Assembly: GCA_002269645.1 (NCBI GenBank)
Contig: NIVC01000169.1
Location: forward strand, 650,097 to 714,096
Origin: Macrostomum lignano
Lineage: Eukaryota
DNA length: 64,000 nt
Direction: 5' to 3'
Below, in pieces: positions 58,935 to 64,000 of the stretch (position 1 is the first letter of the stretch; each line of letters starts with the position of its first letter). Both the position numbers and the translations under genes were made by a program. The notes beneath the pieces were generated by a model. That model was not told the origin of the DNA and did not search any database. It was given only the letters and a program-made list of their open reading frames with translations.

Positions 58935-59575
58935 ATAAATGAATTAATTGCTTTTGTCTAGGATGGAGTGCAGTTCTATAGGATATTGACAAAATGCCAG
59001 ATCGTTCACTCATTCGTTAGAAATTTGCTAGGCAATTTTGCGTTCCCGTCAAGATTCTAACTACTCGTTGGGTTTACTAATAGTAGCTTAACTAAAAACG
59101 AGGAAATTAATAAAAAATCATTAAGGAAATCATTTTTTTAACTTGAACTAGATGCTAAGACACAATATACCGTAGCTCGCTATTCCACAACGGCACAACA
59201 AGCAATGCTGTGAACAGATCACTGTACTATTAGAAGACATCTTCGTTGCAGAAGCATCCGCGCTCAGTGGCTCTGTTGGTCAAAGGCAAAGCACAAAACG
59301 ATGCAGCATACTAAGAAACGACTAATAGACTAATTAAATAATAATAGAAGGCTGGGAAACTGATCTACGGATTGACAAAAATGCATTTGCTGATCTTATT
59401 GCCTTCAAAACAAAAGCACCTGATTGGCTCTGGTTGGCAGCGACTGTATCGAGTGAACTCGGCACAAAAGAATGAGCAGAACAAACATATACAAAACTGA
59501 TTTTATCCAACCTGTTAAACCCTGATACAATTTATCTAGACTTAACTCGGTTGCTCTACGAATCTAATCGTCCTC

Positions 59576-59589
59576 GTCACCATGGCAAC
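59576..59589. promoter_or_regulatory. RFX X-box GTCACCATGGCAAC upstream of the TRPV-like gene
   Basis: Exact match to GTNRCC-AT-RGYAAC, ~530 bp before ATG 60122. Confidence 0.55.
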
Positions 59590-60121
59590 CAGCTTAAAAA
59601 CTTCGTTCCAAAGTCGATAGAATTGACTCAAGTTGCTCAATGTTTGCCGCGCGGGCAGCAGCCGGTTTGGCAGCGAGTTTTCCTTATCGTCAATAATTTA
59701 TGCTTCTTAAATTGGTGCTGATAATTTTTGCCAAACCGGATCTGCGCAAGCAGTTTTTCTGCTGATTCTGCTGATGTGTGTTTTTTCTCCTTCCTGGACG
59801 CTGGGGCTGGGGGCCGATAAGCCGCCGGGCAGATAACGCACAGGAGTCTGAAGCAAATAAAGTTTTTTGGCTATACGTCAGAGCACAGTTGGAACCCTCG
59901 TGCTCAATCGGTCTGTTCTTATTGCTCTGCTTTTGTCACGTTTTCAAGAGGCTGCAAGTACTTGTTTAAGAAGCATCTTTTCTCCCAGGACAAGAAAGAT
60001 CACATGACAGAGAAATTGGTGGTGTGTCCGACACAAGTAGCGCTCTGTTTGCTCTGCGTATCTGACCGCATCCGATCTCCATAAGAACTGGGGAGAATCA
60101 TCTACTGAGGCCTCCCACATC

Positions 60122-63100
60122 ATGCACTACGGTCAGGCCTACTCCCTAGAGATGCCATCGGCCAGGCGGTGCCATCCGAGCGGTCTCTGCTACCACATCT
60201 ACTGTCGGCTGCGCGCACTGCTGCGCTGGCTCTGCCTGCTCGCCGTCCGCTGCTGCTGCAGTCGGCGACGCGTTGCCGACGGCCGCGCAGGCGGAGGGCC
60301 GACAGTTGGCGCCGAGCCGCCGTCATTCACCCCGACTACCATCACCACCATCGCCTCAGGAGTGAGTCCGACGGCCGGTGGAAGCGGCGGTGGCAACGTC
60401 ACGCCATTCCGATTCCCCTCCACCGCCTTCTTCGGCCTGTCTTCGGACAAGCTGAACCGCTGGAGCAGCATTCTGAAGGAGGACAAGGCTGACGATTTCG
60501 TCTGCCTGCTGGAGGACAACCGGCACCAGTTGACCCTAGTGTACGACCATCCGTCCTGCAACTACATCTCGTTTCACCGACTGACTCACCTGTGCGCCTT
60601 CAACTCGGCCATCAACTGTATGCGCCAGCTGGTGAGCCGGTACGAGACTCCGATTTGGTGTGCCAAGGACACCAACGAGAGTACAGTGTTCCACGCCCTC
60701 TGCTGGGGCGCGCACTACCAGAAGCGGCAGGAGACTGACTACATCAGCTTGTACCGAGCGGTTTGCGCCCTGATCAAGACCGAACGGTTGAAGGAGCTCC
60801 TTCTGTCGGAGGATCTGGGCGGATTTCGACCTGTTGAGTTAGCCATCAAGCTGAGATGCTTCCGTCTGGCCGTGGAGATTCTGGAGACGCCGGGCGTCTA
60901 TCAGGATTCGAGTCTGCGCGGCAATCTGCAGGTGAAGCGCTACTACCTGCACGGCTATTTTCGTTGCGGCAAAGGCGCCGTGTGCAGGTCGTTGCGCAAT
61001 CCTGTACTGCTGCTGTCCGAACTCAGGTATCAATTTAAACGACAACATGTTCAAACATGTCAAATGGTACATTCATGTGTAGTCATTGACACCAAGTTTC
61101 ATATTGTATTCTTGAAATTTTCTTCGCCTGCAGAAAAGCCGACTTCAAGGATCTGCGCAGCAGCAACATTATGAACCATCCGGTGGTGAAGTACCTCATC
61201 TCGCAGCTGTGGTACCGCAACGTCCTCATCTGCATCCTGTTGGCGCTATTCTGGCTGGCGCTGATCATCATCATGCAGATTCCGCTAGAGATGCAGATGC
61301 AACAGGTAACCACGGACAGCGACACCTGCTTCAGCCAGGAGGCCATCAAGGTGGCATTCTATACTATTGTGGTTCATGACCTCAAAGTACTGGAGAATGT
61401 CAGCGTTCGCGCGATTGAGAACAAAACTCGCGGAGGCCAGTGGGGACTGTGAGTAACCGGCCAGTGACAATCACTGAATTTAAGATGCTCTGAACAGTCA
61501 AATTTCTGACCCTAAGACATCCTGAAAAGTCAAATTTCTGACCCTAAGACGTCCTGAACAGTCAAATTTCTGACCCTAAGACGTCCTGAACAGTCAAGTT
61601 TCTGATCCTAAGACGTCCTGAACAGTCAAATTTCTGATCCTAAGACGTCCTGAACAGTTAAATTTCTGACCCTAAGATGTCCTGATGTCCTGAACAATCA
61701 AATTTCTGATCCTAAGATGTCTTGAACAATCAAATTTCTGATCCTAAGATGTCTTGAACAATCAAATTTCTGATCCTAAGATGTCTTGAACAATCAAATT
61801 TCTGATCCTAAGATGTCTTGAACAATCAAATTTCTGATCCTAAGATGTCTTGAACAATCAAATTTCTGATCCTAAGATGTCTTGAACAATCAAATTTCTG
61901 ACCCTAAGATGTCCTGAACAGTCAAATTTCTGACCCTAAGATGTCCTGACCAGTCAAATTTCTGACCCTAAGATGTCTTGAACAATCAAATTTCTGACTC
62001 TAAGATGTCTTGAACAATCAAATTTCTGACTCTAAGATGTCCTGAACAATCAAATTTCTGACCTTAAGATGTCCTGAACAGTCAAATTTCTGACCTTAAG
62101 ATGTCCTGAACAGTCAATTTTTTACTGTACTCGTAAGGCGTACCGAATAACCAACTTTGTGACAGACAAATGATGATATTCCATTAATAACTACAGACAG
62201 AAAAACCTTCACCAGTTTCACAATTATCTTTACAGCAAAAATGCGTCGAGTACAAACGAATCGACAACCGAGCACCTAGCCCTGGCAACCAGTGGTACCC
62301 ACGCCAGCCAAGATGTGTGCAGCCTGTTTTCGACTATCCGCTACACCTACGTGGCTGTGAGCGTGTTCCTGGTGCTGTGGCACGCCCTGACCATCTGCCA
62401 GAGAGTCTGGATCAAGCTACGGATGCGTCGGCAGGGTCAGCTGGTGTACAAACGGTTCCTGAACTCGGTGGAGACTGGCTGGATGGACCAGGACTGGCTG
62501 TCCTATCTGTGCCGGTTCTGCCTCATCCTGTTCTCCGTGATTCTGTGCTCGGTGCGCATAAGCACCCTGCCGTGCCCTCAGAGTCCTCTGTACGACTATC
62601 TGATCCACTACAGGAGTATTTTGAGCAGGGTGAGTTCGCGACCATAACATTGGGAGCGCTTCACATTCACAACCCCCCGGAGACTTCACAACCCCCTATA
62701 CTTCATTCTATGGAATTGTCAGCAGTTCGAACGCATTTCTACAGTATCACTTGCCTCCCCTGTCACCATTTGCAGGATCACATCACGGATATATTTCTAA
62801 TTCTGAGAGTGATATTCCACCTGTGCTACCTGTTCCTGCACATCCTGCTGGTGTACTACCTGGAGATGATACCACACCTCGGTCCGGTTGTGCACGCTTT
62901 CCGCTGCATGTTCTCAAGATTCCTATCGTTTGCAGCCATCTACCTGGTAGTGCTGTGGGTTTTCTCCAGCATCTTCTATTCGGTCAGCTTCGCCTCGGTG
63001 CACACGCACCAGGACCGGGAGAAACTCGAGAACCTCACGCATTACTATTCTCACCATCTCCGGCAAGTGTACTACGCTTTCACTGTCAGCCTGAACATGG

Positions 63101-63396
63101 AGAAGCCGTCGGAACTGGTTGCCAAGCGCGACCAGATTGGCAACTCGGAGGCCAGCGTTGTGCACCTGATCTTCGTGCTGGTGTTCGCCGTTCTCGTGCT
63201 CAACTTCATCATAGCCCTGCTAGTCAGCGCAATGAACGAAGTGAACGAATACCGGGACATTTTCTATCGCATCAGGACCACCAGGATGTTTCTGCAGATT
63301 GACGCCGTCTGGTATCCGGTACTGGCCAGGCTGTCCGACATCACAGGCTGGCAGCTGGCCGGACAGGAGACTTACACCACTGTCACTCCCGTGTAG
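60122..63396 (+). CDS. TRPV-like ankyrin + 6-TM cation channel (~720 aa, 4 exons)
   Basis: Exons 60122-61026, 61134-61448, 62308-62629, 62776-63396; phases are consistent. Ankyrin-like RLTHLCAFN, STVFHALC, GFRPVELAI; HPVVKYLI..LW before S1; S4-S5 linker HLGPVVHAF..MFS.FL.F; pore YYAFTVSLNM; S6 VLNFIIALL. Confidence 0.82.
61490..62120. repeat. 32-bp minisatellite GTCCTGAACAGTCAAATTTCTGACCCTAAGA(C/T) (TRPV-like intron 2)
   Basis: Tandem units. Confidence 0.95.
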
Positions 63397-64000
63397 CCAT
63401 GCACTCTTAAGACCAAATATAAACTCATTTTTATGTGACAATAATACCCCCCACACCCGCATCAACTGCTATTAACCCGCTTACAGGTACCCAATACATG
63501 CAAGATTGTCGCTTATCCACTGGTTCAGGATATGCCATAGACAAGTAGCTGCCGCTTACCCTTCACTTTGAAGAAGATTTTGTTGCAATTTTCAGTTCTC
63601 TTCTCTGTAAGATTCGTTGTCAGTTTTTAGTGAAAGAAAAACAAAACTATAGACGTAATAATATAAAAATTATTTTCGGAGAATTCCGCCCCCCCCCCTA
63701 CACAGAACGTGGCACTGACTGCGTGACTTCTATGGTAAAATATCAATAAAAATCTTACGTTTATGCTTAAATTAGTGCCTTTCTTTCACAGGCTCAATAT
63801 AGCTTTAGAATTCGAGATGAATTGGCCCTTAAAATTTCGCCCGGCTCGTGTGTATGGCCTTTAGAGACTATAACTACATACAGATACGAAAATAATTGAC
63901 ATCACAATCAATGTTACTATGACAACTAATTTGTCCCACAAAGGCAATCCACAATCTGAATAGAGACAGGGAGAAAGGAAGAGAGGGCCACACGGTACAA

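Noticed and set aside
54320-60122. Single giant TRP gene joining the ankyrin gene to the TRPV-like ORF
   Set aside because: No strong donor before stop 54379; the best acceptor (59989) meets a stop in the TRPV frame; kept only as a testable alternative

Overview
Eukaryotic (metazoan) genomic DNA with GC-rich exons separated by introns packed with tandem repeats. The style suggests a Macrostomum-like flatworm, but this is inference and was not verified. Gene models were assembled by hand from splice sites, and the reading-frame phases of all spliced models were checked. They are: a 3-exon 11-beta-HSD-like SDR (+); two single-exon secreted PAN/Apple + C-type-lectin paralogs in a tandem duplication (+); a ~15-kb TRPM channel gene (-) with a GC-AG intron and an apparent mutually exclusive exon pair; an 8-exon p55/MPP MAGUK (+); a low-complexity orphan ORF (-); a 2-exon ankyrin-repeat gene (+); an intronless prominin-like gene with two frameshifts (-); and a 4-exon TRPV-like channel (+). 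Mobile DNA comprises a mariner-derived MITE, a decayed RTE-type LINE inside a minisatellite, and an internally deleted Tc1/IS630-like element. About 30 distinct micro/minisatellite arrays explain most long ORFs in the ORF track, and those ORFs are artefacts. The most notable observations are the TRPM mutually exclusive exons, an intron built from ~70 copies of its own splice-donor junction, the lectin pair that is near-identical except at the ligand-binding end, a tandemly amplified start codon, and RFX X-boxes.
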